Origin: Candidatus Omnitrophus magneticus
Lineage (GTDB): Bacteria > Omnitrophota > Gorgyraeia > Tantalellales > Tantalellaceae
Assembly (NCBI GenBank): GCA_000954095.1
Contig: JYNY01000203.1
Coordinates: 17-64,016 of the forward strand
Direction: 5' to 3'
Length of the DNA: 64,000 nucleotides
How positions within the stretch are numbered: position 1 is the stretch's first letter; each line of letters begins with the position of its first letter. The position numbers and the translations under genes were made by a program. Positions 17,072 to 27,119 of the stretch are shown one piece after another. The notes under the pieces were generated by a model. That model did not search any database and was not told the DNA's origin. It saw only the letters and a list, made by a program, of their open reading frames with translations.

Positions 17072-20000
17072 ATGTTTAAAAATAATTTTAAAGTAATATA
17101 TGTGTTTTTGTTATTGATATTTTTAATGAATGTTAGTGATTTTTCTTTTGCGCAAAAGAAAAGTACAATAGAGACACTTAGGGCGCAAGGGCTTTTTGAA
17201 AATATGGCTCTTAATGGGATATGGGTGATAGATGATCGAAGTATTTATCCGTTATTAGATGAATCTAGCGGGATAAAACCGCCCTCGATTGATCAGAGTT
17301 ATTCACGGACATATTTCATACAATCAGGTCTTTTGCCAAAAAAATATACAAAGATGAGTTATGGCGCCGCTCTTAATATGAAGTTTTTTTCAGGCCTTTC
17401 TTATGATTATCTGCAAAAAAATTTGCCGGGGAAAACAGTGAGCATGGATGTGTTTATCCCCGAAGAATCGATTAGTTCTTACGCGGTTGTTCCTAATAGA
17501 TTGCAAGTTGTAATTAAATCAGAAAAAAAGAACGAATGGGCTGATTATTATGGGGAGACAGAATGGATTAGAGCTAAGACGCCGGGTCTTTATCATGTAA
17601 GAATAAAAATACCGGAAGAGCCTGTGATGACTAAATCCGGCAAACTTTTTTATCCTGATCACGCGATTCTTGTTTGTATTGATTATTATCTTATGGAAGG
17701 CGCAAAAAGGCATTCGTCTATTACGTATTCATTTTCAAATTTTAATATTGAAGGTATAAAGCTTGACCCCAAGGAATTAAAATGGCAGTTAACCGTTGAT
17801 GGTTATAGCGTAGAAAATATGTATTTGCCCTATTTTGGCGAAGATAATACGTTTATTAGTTCTATCGGAACAGGGGTGGATGTAAGGTTTAATCAAGCAC
17901 CAGTAGAAGCGCAATTAAGTAAACCTTTTTCCGGGAAATTGGAGAATTTATTTTTAGCGCTTTCTGTTTATATCCCCGTGGATTTACGCCAGCAAAAAGG
18001 TACGCTCGCGCTGACCATCCGTGATAATAAAGGCGCAGTGCGGTCAAGCGTTGAAAACTTTCATTCCGCAGATTTGGCAGGCAGGGTTCATCTTACTTTG
18101 CCGTTAGATGCTTTTACTGTTGAAAAAGATATAAACGAAATTGTAAAAAATACGGAAATAACCTTACGAATAAAAACACTTAAGCCGCATGAGTCGGGTA
18201 TGATGCCGATAGTTTTATCAAAGTTGGAAATAAGCCAAGGCTGGTTAGTTCCATTTGATACAAAATGGCAGGTAAGAGATATTCAAGGGCTTGGCGGCTA
18301 TCCTAAATTAGAAATAAGAGAGGACGGGCTTTTGTCTCCGGGAAGCGGTATAAGTGTCCGCAAATTGGACGGCGGTAATGAGCTTCGCATGACAGTCAAA
18401 CTTAAGGGTGGTATAAATTGGAATGAGCCGTATTATCGTGTTGAAATTATTAGGCCGCTTGAAAATGCTCCGGTCAATCTTAATAATATGCATTTAGAGG
18501 CACTTGTAAGTCCTTTTACTGATACTACTGATATTTGGCAGAGGCCTCATCGAGCAAGAGTGGGGCTATTGGATATAAATGGGAATATAGCGTTTGGTCC
18601 AAATGTTTCTCTTTCAGAAGGTATGCCAAATTTGGCCACATTTGAAGTTTCTTTAACAAATCCTATTCCAAAAGGATTTGTTATGACAGATTTTGATCCT
18701 GAAAAAGTGCAGGCAATAATTATCAATATAGAAGCTTCTGCTGGAAAATTAGAAGCGATGGATTTGGATATTTCTTTTACAAATCTTTTAGTTAGCCCTA
18801 TGGAATATCCAAGAACAAGCCCTTTGAAAATGATAGATTATTCCAGATTTGAGGTTAAGCCGGAGCTTTGGGAGATTAAAAAAGTTGTAGAGGAAAGCGG
18901 CGGGTATCTTGTTGGTATAAACTATCCGTTTCCAGCAATAAATGTTCCTGAGTTTATTCTGGCTGTTCCGCAGGTTTATCCAGCTGTTGGGCAAAAACCC
19001 ACTGATCCGGGGCATTTTGGTTTATCAGCTCCGATAACAAGGGCGGCTACGTTGGAAGCGTTTAGAAAATTTGCGGATATAGATGTGTCTGTTGTTCGTG
19101 TATTTTTATTCGGGCATTTGGGCGGAATCTTTGATTGGGATGAAAGAGGATATGATATAAAAGGTTTTTGCGAAGGGAATGACGCGCTTATTCAGGAACT
19201 TGCGGGTATGGGCATAGATAAGTTTACACAATATTTAAAGGATCATGAAGATGAATTATTTGAGCAAGATGCGGATAGAGCGTTTAAGGGTGTAGGTAAA
19301 TATGTTTTAAAAGATATGGAAGCGATATATGATGTTGTAGAACAAGTAGAAAAAGAAACAGGGAAAAGGCTTCTTGTTATATTGTCTTGTTTTGACTTTC
19401 TTTTGGGTGACGGAATAAAGGCGGAAGGTCCATTACATTCTTTTATTGTAGGAGAATATCCGCAGGCAGTGACGGATCCATTAGTAAAGGTTAAAGTACA
19501 AGCGTTAACTTGGAAATTGATGAAAACATTAGCACAGGATGAGCGTTTTTATAAGTATACAGGATCTATGGAAGTAATGAATGAGCCTGATAACGCGACA
19601 GGTTTAGCAACTAGAAAACATTTTATTGATTTGTTAAATTTTGTAGGTGAAGGCGCGTATTTATTTAAAGATGTTTTTGGGCCGAAGATTCCTGTTACTG
19701 TAGGGTTTAGGAGTTGGCATGGGGATCTTAGGTATTGGGCCCCAATAGCGGGCGGCGTGGATATTTTGATGCCGCATTATTGGAAAAGTTTAGAATCTTA
19801 TTGTATTGATGAACCCGGGTTGTGGCCGTTAGAGTTTCCAGTAGATAGTTTATGGAAATTTTTAGGCGCGAATAAAGAAGGGAAACTTTCCGGATTAGGT
19901 GAAATCGCGCCGGATGGCGATTTTGTGAAAAATCTTTATCGTCTAGAAAAAGGCGGATACAACATGACTCTTGTGTGGTCATATTCAGGGCATGATGGTT

Positions 20001-20386
20001 TTGACGCAAAGCCGGTTTTGCAAAATATAAAAGAATATCAACAGGCGAATTTTAAGTTGCGTGAAATGCAAAAAATGCCTTTTGAACAAGTCCGTGAGGC
20101 TTTCTTATATGTAGCAAAATCCCGCGCTATGTTTGAGACGATCGATATCACGAGAAGTTCTAACGCCTCTTCAACAAGTAAATTTTATTATTTAGAAAAA
20201 GATGCATCATTTGCTTCTTTTCTTTCAAAAAAGCTTAATACTATAACAAATGAACAATTAAAATATACTGTTAGAGAAATACTTATGATTGCCAGAATGA
20301 AAGCAATTGCTTTAAACTACGGGAATATTCAGTTCCTCTATAAAAGAGCGATGAAAGATAGAAAAGATATACCGGTATTGAAATGA
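17072..20386 (+). CDS. Large secreted multidomain protein (1104 aa) with C-terminal clan GH-A (GH5-like) TIM-barrel
   Basis: Signal peptide ...VSDFSFAQ. The N-terminal roughly 600 aa look like repeated beta-sandwich modules. The C-terminal region has VRVFLFGH and the MEVMNEPDN acid/base motif typical of GH5-type enzymes. Confidence 0.65.
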   Translation: MFKNNFKVIYVFLLLIFLMNVSDFSFAQKKSTIETLRAQGLFENMALNGIWVIDDRSIYPLLDESSGIKPPSIDQSYSRTYFIQSGLLPKKYTKMSYGAALNMKFFSGLSYDYLQKNLPGKTVSMDVFIPEESISSYAVVPNRLQVVIKSEKKNEWADYYGETEWIRAKTPGLYHVRIKIPEEPVMTKSGKLFYPDHAILVCIDYYLMEGAKRHSSITYSFSNFNIEGIKLDPKELKWQLTVDGYSVENMYLPYFGEDNTFISSIGTGVDVRFNQAPVEAQLSKPFSGKLENLFLALSVYIPVDLRQQKGTLALTIRDNKGAVRSSVENFHSADLAGRVHLTLPLDAFTVEKDINEIVKNTEITLRIKTLKPHESGMMPIVLSKLEISQGWLVPFDTKWQVRDIQGLGGYPKLEIREDGLLSPGSGISVRKLDGGNELRMTVKLKGGINWNEPYYRVEIIRPLENAPVNLNNMHLEALVSPFTDTTDIWQRPHRARVGLLDINGNIAFGPNVSLSEGMPNLATFEVSLTNPIPKGFVMTDFDPEKVQAIIINIEASAGKLEAMDLDISFTNLLVSPMEYPRTSPLKMIDYSRFEVKPELWEIKKVVEESGGYLVGINYPFPAINVPEFILAVPQVYPAVGQKPTDPGHFGLSAPITRAATLEAFRKFADIDVSVVRVFLFGHLGGIFDWDERGYDIKGFCEGNDALIQELAGMGIDKFTQYLKDHEDELFEQDADRAFKGVGKYVLKDMEAIYDVVEQVEKETGKRLLVILSCFDFLLGDGIKAEGPLHSFIVGEYPQAVTDPLVKVKVQALTWKLMKTLAQDERFYKYTGSMEVMNEPDNATGLATRKHFIDLLNFVGEGAYLFKDVFGPKIPVTVGFRSWHGDLRYWAPIAGGVDILMPHYWKSLESYCIDEPGLWPLEFPVDSLWKFLGANKEGKLSGLGEIAPDGDFVKNLYRLEKGGYNMTLVWSYSGHDGFDAKPVLQNIKEYQQANFKLREMQKMPFEQVREAFLYVAKSRAMFETIDITRSSNASSTSKFYYLEKDASFASFLSKKLNTITNEQLKYTVREILMIARMKAIALNYGNIQFLYKRAMKDRKDIPVLK

Positions 20387-20392
20387 TATTTC

Positions 20393-20423
20393 TTATCCCT
20401 AAAATTCTAGGTTTTAGGGATAA
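20393..20423 (+). terminator. Perfect 12-bp stem hairpin after the 1104-aa gene (no clear U-tract)
   Basis: ttatccctaaaa-ttctagg-ttttagggataa begins 7 nt after the stop codon. Confidence 0.4.
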
Positions 20424-20526
20424 TAGCAATATGTCCCGCGTTATGTTAAGCCCAATCTATTCCGCATGGCGGATTTTTCTCAATGAACTTATTCCTCGTA
20501 TGATTTTCCCAAAAGGTTCTTAATTT

Positions 20527-22209
20527 ATGTCTAAAGATAAAATTTTTTTAAATAATATTTTAGCCAACATAGAATATACGCGGCATATTATAAAAGAAAA
20601 CGATAATGTAAATCTTATTACGTTAATTACAGGCACAGAGATTGATCGGCAAAGATGGCAAAACAGGCTAGAGTCGATAGCGCCATTTATATTTAATCTA
20701 AAAAAAGAAACGCGTATTTTATCTTTTCAGGAGGAAACTAGGCAGGGAAATTTTTTAGGAACAATTTTGGCGTATTCTAAGATAAAAAAAATATCCGCGG
20801 ATGAAAGCATCTCTTACAAAAACAAAGTAGTACTTATCGGTATGATTTTTGGCAGGGGAGAGAGGATTTCACCGTTTTCTCAAAGGGAAGCTAATTGTAA
20901 GGCGGCGATTTCTTCAATTTCAACCGTAAGGGCGGATGATGGACAAATTAAAACATTGACGGCACTAGAAGAAGCGCTTATGTATTTTGCGCCTTTAGCG
21001 CGGCAGTTGGAAAAAAATGCTTTTCGCGGTATCGTTAATAAATGGGGAGATGAGACAGAGATACCGAGTATTGATATCATCCATTTTGAGAAAGCAGGCG
21101 TAACCGCGGATACGGATATTATAAAATTTATTTCTCAAGAAAAAATTACTGAGGAATCGGCGAAAGAAAAGGATTGGGTTATCTATGATAAAAATAGTGT
21201 AATGTTGTTTCAAATTCCGCGCGGGGATATAGATTCTATTGAAAAAGAATTAAATAAATATGGCGTTACAAGCCTAAATGATAAACAAAAAATCGATAGA
21301 GGCGCATTTTTCGGAATAAGCCTAGGGCCTGTTGCTGTTTCGTATCGGGTGCTTGATATTTTAGAAGAAGTTTTTGATAGCGACGTGAAAAACAATGCTA
21401 TTTATATTGATTTTGATCCTTATGTTTTATCCGCGTTCGCGTTAAAGGGAGATAGCGTCAAATGGCAGGAAATGTTGCTAAAGGATAAAAAATTGTGCGA
21501 GTTCGCGGGGCATAGCGGGATGGTTCCTGATTTTTGGGAAAAAATGAATAAGGTTAGAAATATTTTTAAAGATAAATACGCTAGGGAACTGGAAATAAAA
21601 GTAATTGATCTTGGCGAAAATATTTATTGGGGAGATTACGGTCAACACTTAGCCATGAGAAGACGGTATTTGGCGTTAACCGAAAACAGTATGAATGGGG
21701 CAATCTCTAGAGCCATCGCAGGCTTGCCTGAAACAAAAGACGCGCGGGGAAATATTATTTTTAATTCACAAATATCAGGAGAAGTGGAAATTGAGAATTC
21801 GGTTGTTTGTAATAGTGTTATTATGGGCAGAGGAAGAATAGAATCCTCTTTGTTATGGGATTCATGTGTTAATGATATTGAGATGGACAGAGCTTTTTGC
21901 GTGGGCTCTTTTCACTCCGGTAAACTTATCTTGAAAAAGAATAGCGGCGCGTATAAACTATTCGGTCGTAAATCAGAAGTTTTTAACATAGAAGAATATG
22001 GGAGAGTTTCTACAATATTTACTCCTACCGGGCGTTTTAGTATAAACGCGGGAGAATCTTTGAATTTAAGAGACAGAAAAAATATTTATAGTGTTCCGGT
22101 TTTGGGCAATCTGGTTTCTTTTTCAGAGTTATATGAGATGATGTCCAAAGTAAGTTCCCATGAAATAGAACAATGGGAGATGGATTTTAAGAAAGGATTA
22201 ATGCAATGA
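20527..22209 (+). CDS. Hypothetical; putative sugar-1-phosphate nucleotidyltransferase-like protein (fucokinase/FKP N-terminal-type fold plus left-handed beta-helix tail)
   Basis: Pattern-level only. LITLITGTE...RQRWQNRL...SFQEETRQGNFLGTILAY, GRGERISPF and IYWGDYGQH resemble the GDP-fucose pyrophosphorylase-type domain as I recall it. The C-terminal hexapeptide-like run is NSVVCNSVIMGRGRIESSLLWDSCV. 4-nt overlap with the downstream mutase gene. Confidence 0.4.
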   Translation: MSKDKIFLNNILANIEYTRHIIKENDNVNLITLITGTEIDRQRWQNRLESIAPFIFNLKKETRILSFQEETRQGNFLGTILAYSKIKKISADESISYKNKVVLIGMIFGRGERISPFSQREANCKAAISSISTVRADDGQIKTLTALEEALMYFAPLARQLEKNAFRGIVNKWGDETEIPSIDIIHFEKAGVTADTDIIKFISQEKITEESAKEKDWVIYDKNSVMLFQIPRGDIDSIEKELNKYGVTSLNDKQKIDRGAFFGISLGPVAVSYRVLDILEEVFDSDVKNNAIYIDFDPYVLSAFALKGDSVKWQEMLLKDKKLCEFAGHSGMVPDFWEKMNKVRNIFKDKYARELEIKVIDLGENIYWGDYGQHLAMRRRYLALTENSMNGAISRAIAGLPETKDARGNIIFNSQISGEVEIENSVVCNSVIMGRGRIESSLLWDSCVNDIEMDRAFCVGSFHSGKLILKKNSGAYKLFGRKSEVFNIEEYGRVSTIFTPTGRFSINAGESLNLRDRKNIYSVPVLGNLVSFSELYEMMSKVSSHEIEQWEMDFKKGLMQ

Positions 22210-23975
22210 GTGAACATTTTGTGGAATTAAAATTTGGCACCAGCGGACTAAGAGACACCGTAGAAAATATGACGGATATGGAGTGTTATATAAATACAAA
22301 AGGGTTTCTTTTATATTTAAAAAAAATAGGGGAATTTAAATCAAGAGATAAGGTGGCTTTGGCAGGCGACAGGCGGCCAAGTACGCGTCGTATAAAAAAA
22401 GCAGTAGCAATGGCTATTCATGATATGGGGGGGGTATCGGATGATCAAGGTCTTGTCCCTAGCCCTAGTTTGGCTTTTTACGCGATGAAACGCGGAATTG
22501 CCAGCATTATGGTAACAGGGAGCCATATCCCCAGCGATAGAAACGGTATAAAATTCACAAAAAAATCAGGGGAAGTTTTAAAGAGTGATGAACAGGGAAT
22601 ACTTGAGAGCGTGCGGGACACGCGGAATGAGATTGCGGAAAGTACGTCTATAAAAATAGTGTTTAATAAGAAAAGAATGTTTACTGAAAAAGTAGCGCTT
22701 GAGGCTGAATTCTTTTTAAAAGAGCCGGAATATGCCGGAGAATCAGCGGTTGAGTATATAAAAAGATATACTGATATTTTTGGTTTTGCGAGGCCTTTAA
22801 CTGGAAAAAAAATATTTTTATATCAGCATTCCGCTGTTGGCAGAGATATTATTAAAGAAATATTTGAAGGCGCGGGTGCTGGAGTTTACGCGCCGTCCAG
22901 CGAGATAACTTTACAGTATAAGGATGAAAATGAAAAAGGAAAAAGCGAAAAAGAATTTTTAAGGAGTAAAGCCTTTATTTCCGTGGACACGGAAAGCGTT
23001 TCCAATAAAACTATGGCTGTTTTTGAAAAAGTTATGAATGATGAAAATATTGATATAGGTATTTCTATGGATGGAGATTCTGACCGGCCTCTTTTGGTAT
23101 ACCGTGTTTATGAAAATAATAAGCCGACAAAAGAAGTGCGATATGTTACAGGAGACGTATTAGGTCTTTTAACGATTATGTCTTTAGAAAATATGGACGT
23201 AAGAATAGATGCTATCGCGGTTCCCGTAAGCGCGAATGATATGATTGATGAAATTTTGTTAGGTAAAGGCGTTAAGATTAGCCGCACAAAAATAGGCTCG
23301 CCTTATGTTATCGCGGCGATGAATGAATCTATCTCGCGATATAGAAACGAGGCGCGAAACGAGTGGAATGTTTTTTCATGGGAGGCAAACGGAGGTTTTC
23401 TTACCGGAAGCAATGTTTGTATCAACAATAATATTTTAACGGCTCTTCCCACGAGGGACGCGTGTTTGCCGTTATTAGCAGTAATTATTTGGGCAGAGAA
23501 ACAAAAGAAAAAGATTTCTCAAATAATTGACAGTCTTCCTAAACGATTTACGCATGCCGATAGAATTAAAGATTTTTCTATGGAATATAGCGCTAGAGTT
23601 CTTAATCTTATAAGGCCAAAAAAAGAAAAGGAAGTGGTAGAAATAGAATTTACAGGGGGCGCGTTAGTTAAAGCGTTTTATAATGGAGATGTGAAAAAGA
23701 ATTTTAATAGCGGAGAATTTTTTGAAATAAAAAAGACACTTGAAAAATTTTTTAATATTAACCAAGGATTCGCGGAAATTATTAAAATAAATTATGTTGA
23801 CGGTGTGAGAATATATTTTGCTAATGGAGAAGTTGCGCACTTAAGGCCGTCTGGAAACGCGCCTGAATTTAGGAACTATTCCTTGGCCGGCACGCCCAAT
23901 CGGGCGCGTGAAATAGTAAAAATGGTTTTAGAAGAAATAGTCCCGCGAATGGCTAAAGAAGGAAAGGACGTTTAA
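22206..23975 (+). CDS. Phosphomannomutase/phosphoglucomutase-family phosphohexomutase (long form, 589 aa)
   Basis: Active-site serine loop TGSHIPSDRNGIKF, metal loop SMDGDSDRPL and C-terminal phosphate loop RPSGNAPEFR. Confidence 0.85.
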   Translation: MSEHFVELKFGTSGLRDTVENMTDMECYINTKGFLLYLKKIGEFKSRDKVALAGDRRPSTRRIKKAVAMAIHDMGGVSDDQGLVPSPSLAFYAMKRGIASIMVTGSHIPSDRNGIKFTKKSGEVLKSDEQGILESVRDTRNEIAESTSIKIVFNKKRMFTEKVALEAEFFLKEPEYAGESAVEYIKRYTDIFGFARPLTGKKIFLYQHSAVGRDIIKEIFEGAGAGVYAPSSEITLQYKDENEKGKSEKEFLRSKAFISVDTESVSNKTMAVFEKVMNDENIDIGISMDGDSDRPLLVYRVYENNKPTKEVRYVTGDVLGLLTIMSLENMDVRIDAIAVPVSANDMIDEILLGKGVKISRTKIGSPYVIAAMNESISRYRNEARNEWNVFSWEANGGFLTGSNVCINNNILTALPTRDACLPLLAVIIWAEKQKKKISQIIDSLPKRFTHADRIKDFSMEYSARVLNLIRPKKEKEVVEIEFTGGALVKAFYNGDVKKNFNSGEFFEIKKTLEKFFNINQGFAEIIKINYVDGVRIYFANGEVAHLRPSGNAPEFRNYSLAGTPNRAREIVKMVLEEIVPRMAKEGKDV

Positions 23976-25144
23976 TGGATAAAAATATTGATAGCATTAC
24001 AGCTAGTATAAAAAAAGGTTCGCCGATATACATAACGCCTTATAAAGAGCCTAAAGTATGGGGTGTGAAAGATATTGGAGAATATTGGTATGGCGCTGAA
24101 AAGGGTAATAAAAGTTCTACGGCTCATATTGACGGACAGTTTATTCCTATGGCTGAACTTATTGAGAAAATCCCTTCTGAAATTTTAGGGGTAGAGGTAA
24201 TAAAAAAATTCGGATGTTTTCTGCCGCTTGTAAAAATACTTACTCCTAAATCAAGGCTTTCTGTTCAATTTCATGACGCGAAAGATGAATTATGGATAGT
24301 GACAGGAATTGATGCGGCCATAGCGAAATCCGGGGCAAAACTTATCATAGGGTTTAATCCTGAACTTTTAAAACAATACGGCGGTGAGATAAAAGATAAA
24401 TATTTGGCAAGTTTAGAAAAATATGGGAAATCTTTGAATATTTTGATTGATGAAATGGAAAGTTGTTTTAAAAATATTTTAAATGAGACAAAGGATGTTT
24501 TTAAAGCGGCAAAAATAGTTTGTGAGAAAAATGAAAAGATAAAAAAGATTTTTCATCAAGTACGGGCAGATAGAAAGATGGTTGATAATTTTTATAATTA
24601 TTTAGAGGTTAAAGCGGGAGATGTTATCCCTGTTCCCAAGGGGACATTACACGCGTTAGGCGCGGGAATAGAAATTATAGAGCCGCAGATACCCGGGCCG
24701 ACGCAGTCTTTGGAAGACGGCGAAACATATCCTGTGAGATATTATTTTCCGTTTTATCCCAGAGAAGGCGCTAGCAAAAAATTAGATTTAGATAGAGTTG
24801 GAGAAATGAGCGCCGAAGTATGGGATAAAGGCCGTGAAGATATTTTATTTAATGAAGACGGTGTGAAAATAGAACGAATGCCGGGTGGATTTGAATCAAA
24901 AGGCTTGGCAGTACATCGCGTGAATCTTGATAAAGGGAAAACTTTATCTTATAACAATACGACAAGTTACCATATTTTTGTGGCAGTGACGGGAAGCGCT
25001 AAAATTTTAATTAATTCACAAATCTATGATATTCCAAAAGCTACGGCAGATGGGAAAATGTTGATAATTCCAGCGGTAAATACTGAGTATAAAATTTTAG
25101 CAGAAGAGTTCGTGCAGTTTATTGATACGTTTACTCCAGCATAA
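23975..25144 (+). CDS. manA: Type I mannose-6-phosphate isomerase (cupin)
   Basis: LSVQFHD (QxH Zn motif), DELWIV (Glu ligand) and GTLHALGAG (His ligand). Its start overlaps the stop of the mutase gene (TAATG). Confidence 0.7.
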   Translation: MDKNIDSITASIKKGSPIYITPYKEPKVWGVKDIGEYWYGAEKGNKSSTAHIDGQFIPMAELIEKIPSEILGVEVIKKFGCFLPLVKILTPKSRLSVQFHDAKDELWIVTGIDAAIAKSGAKLIIGFNPELLKQYGGEIKDKYLASLEKYGKSLNILIDEMESCFKNILNETKDVFKAAKIVCEKNEKIKKIFHQVRADRKMVDNFYNYLEVKAGDVIPVPKGTLHALGAGIEIIEPQIPGPTQSLEDGETYPVRYYFPFYPREGASKKLDLDRVGEMSAEVWDKGREDILFNEDGVKIERMPGGFESKGLAVHRVNLDKGKTLSYNNTTSYHIFVAVTGSAKILINSQIYDIPKATADGKMLIIPAVNTEYKILAEEFVQFIDTFTPA

Positions 25145-25159
25145 AAATTGAGCTGAAAT

Positions 25160-25188
25160 TTGACACTCATAATTTATTCATGTAGAAT
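25160..25188 (+). promoter_or_regulatory. Near-consensus sigma70 promoter (TTGACA-17-TAGAAT) for the ABC permease operon
   Basis: TTGACA at 25160-25165, an exact 17-nt spacer, TAGAAT at 25183-25188. About 65 nt upstream of the ATG at 25254. Confidence 0.6.
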
Positions 25189-25253
25189 AGTAACACTTTT
25201 TTGTGTAGTAGAATATTTGTTTATAAGATTGTTAAGAAAGGCTTTTATTTATT

Positions 25254-26168
25254 ATGAAAGAAGAACTTTCTTTCTGGCAGAAGCTAAGTAGACAAAAGAC
25301 TTCATATCTTTTTATTGCTGTTCCTTTTCTATTATTTTTTACTTTTCAATTAGTCCCATTATTTGCTTCTTTTTTTCTTTCTTTTAAAGAATATGATGTT
25401 GTTCACGCGCCGAAAATCATAGATTTACAAAATTATAGAGATATTTTATTTCATGATCCTTTATTTTGGCTAGCAATGAGGAACACGGTTTTTTATGTTT
25501 TGGGTGTAGTTCCTATCGGTATATGTATTTCTTTAATTTTAGCTGTCGCGATAGACCAGCAGATAAAATTTAAGAATTTTTTCAAATCTATATTTTTTTT
25601 GCCGACAGTAACCGCGATTATAGCAGTATCTGTTATTTGGAAATGGTTATATGCCGGAGAAAAATATGGGTTGTTTAATTTTATTATAATGAAGCTTGGC
25701 GGTAAGCCGATAGACTGGCTTGCAAGCACTAATTGGACTTTACCGTCAATAATGATCATGTCGATATGGGCCGGGGTTGGGTATAACATGATTTTATTTT
25801 TAGCAGGGCTTCAAACAATACCGCATTCAATGTACGAAGCCGCGGAAATAGACGGTGCTGGTTTTTGGAGCAAATTTTTTCATGTCACACTGCCTCTTTT
25901 AAAACCCACATTAGTCTTTGTGTCACTAATGAGTTTTATATTCAGTTTTCAGGTTTTTGAACAGGTTTATATTATGACGGGCGGGCAGGGCGGCATCGGC
26001 GGTGTTTTGAATTGCGCTTTAACCATAGTGGCATATCTTTACGATAAAGGATTCCAGAAGTTCCAGATGGGATACGCCTCAGCGTTAGCTTATATAATCG
26101 CACTCTGCGTATTTATGCTTACCATCGTAAATAAACAGATTATGAAAAGTTCGCATGTGGAATATTAA
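25254..26168 (+). CDS. Carbohydrate ABC transporter permease (MalF/UgpA-like)
   Basis: Six TM segments and the EAA loop YEAAEIDGAGFWSKFFHVTLPLLKP. Confidence 0.92.
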   Translation: MKEELSFWQKLSRQKTSYLFIAVPFLLFFTFQLVPLFASFFLSFKEYDVVHAPKIIDLQNYRDILFHDPLFWLAMRNTVFYVLGVVPIGICISLILAVAIDQQIKFKNFFKSIFFLPTVTAIIAVSVIWKWLYAGEKYGLFNFIIMKLGGKPIDWLASTNWTLPSIMIMSIWAGVGYNMILFLAGLQTIPHSMYEAAEIDGAGFWSKFFHVTLPLLKPTLVFVSLMSFIFSFQVFEQVYIMTGGQGGIGGVLNCALTIVAYLYDKGFQKFQMGYASALAYIIALCVFMLTIVNKQIMKSSHVEY

Positions 26169-26224
26169 ACGAGTAACTTATTTATAGTTGTTATTTGTTT
26201 AGATTTTGAGGGAGAAAAAATAAA

Positions 26225-27079
26225 ATGTCAGAAGAATTCGGGATAAGTATAAGAAAAGATGCGTTTTTGATTAAAACGTTTATATATCTATTCCTTATTA
26301 TGGGAGCTGTTACTATGGCTCTTCCTTATTTATGGATGTTTGTCACATCTATAAAACCTTTAGATGAAATTCAATCGTTCCCGCCGAGTTTACTTGTAAA
26401 ACATCCTACATTGGCACCGTATAAAGATCTTTTTACAATGGTTCCAATGGGCAGATATTTATTTAATAGTTTATTTGTGGCCGGAGTTATAACTGTATTT
26501 AATGTTTTTGCCACATCTTTAGCCGGATACGCGTTTGCCAAACATGATTTTTGGGGAAGGGATAAAATATTTTTTATATTTTTGGCATCGTTAATGATTC
26601 CGTGGCAGGTTAATATTATTCCGGGATTTGTGATTGTAAAAAAATTGGGGTGGCTTAATACTTATAGCGGATTAATTATTCCCGCGATGGCTTGGTGCGC
26701 TTTTGGAATTTTTTTAAACAGGCAGTTTATTTATAGTATCCCTAACGATTTAATTGATGCCGCTAGAATTGACGGTTGCGGAGAATTTAGAATTTATTAT
26801 CTTGTTATTTTGCCGCTTCTACAACCTGTGCATGCCCCACTTTCTATTTTTACATTTTTACAACAATGGAATAATTTTGTGTGGCCTTTAGTTATAACTC
26901 ACACGAGCAGTATGCGTACGATACCATTGGGGCTCGCGGTTTTAACAGGACAGTTTGGGGCTAATTACGCTATGGTAATGGCGGGAGCGGTAGTCGCGAC
27001 TTTGCCAATGCTGATTGTTTATTTAATGTTCCAAAAATATATAATAAAAGGAATAGCCCTTACCGGATTGAAAGGATAA
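26225..27079 (+). CDS. Carbohydrate ABC transporter permease (MalG/UgpE-like)
   Basis: EAA loop DAARIDGCGEFRIYYLVILPLLQP. Six TM segments. Confidence 0.92.
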   Translation: MSEEFGISIRKDAFLIKTFIYLFLIMGAVTMALPYLWMFVTSIKPLDEIQSFPPSLLVKHPTLAPYKDLFTMVPMGRYLFNSLFVAGVITVFNVFATSLAGYAFAKHDFWGRDKIFFIFLASLMIPWQVNIIPGFVIVKKLGWLNTYSGLIIPAMAWCAFGIFLNRQFIYSIPNDLIDAARIDGCGEFRIYYLVILPLLQPVHAPLSIFTFLQQWNNFVWPLVITHTSSMRTIPLGLAVLTGQFGANYAMVMAGAVVATLPMLIVYLMFQKYIIKGIALTGLKG

Positions 27080-27119
27080 AAAGATCCGAGGTATGCAATT
27101 TTGAAAAGGAGTTTTGTGT

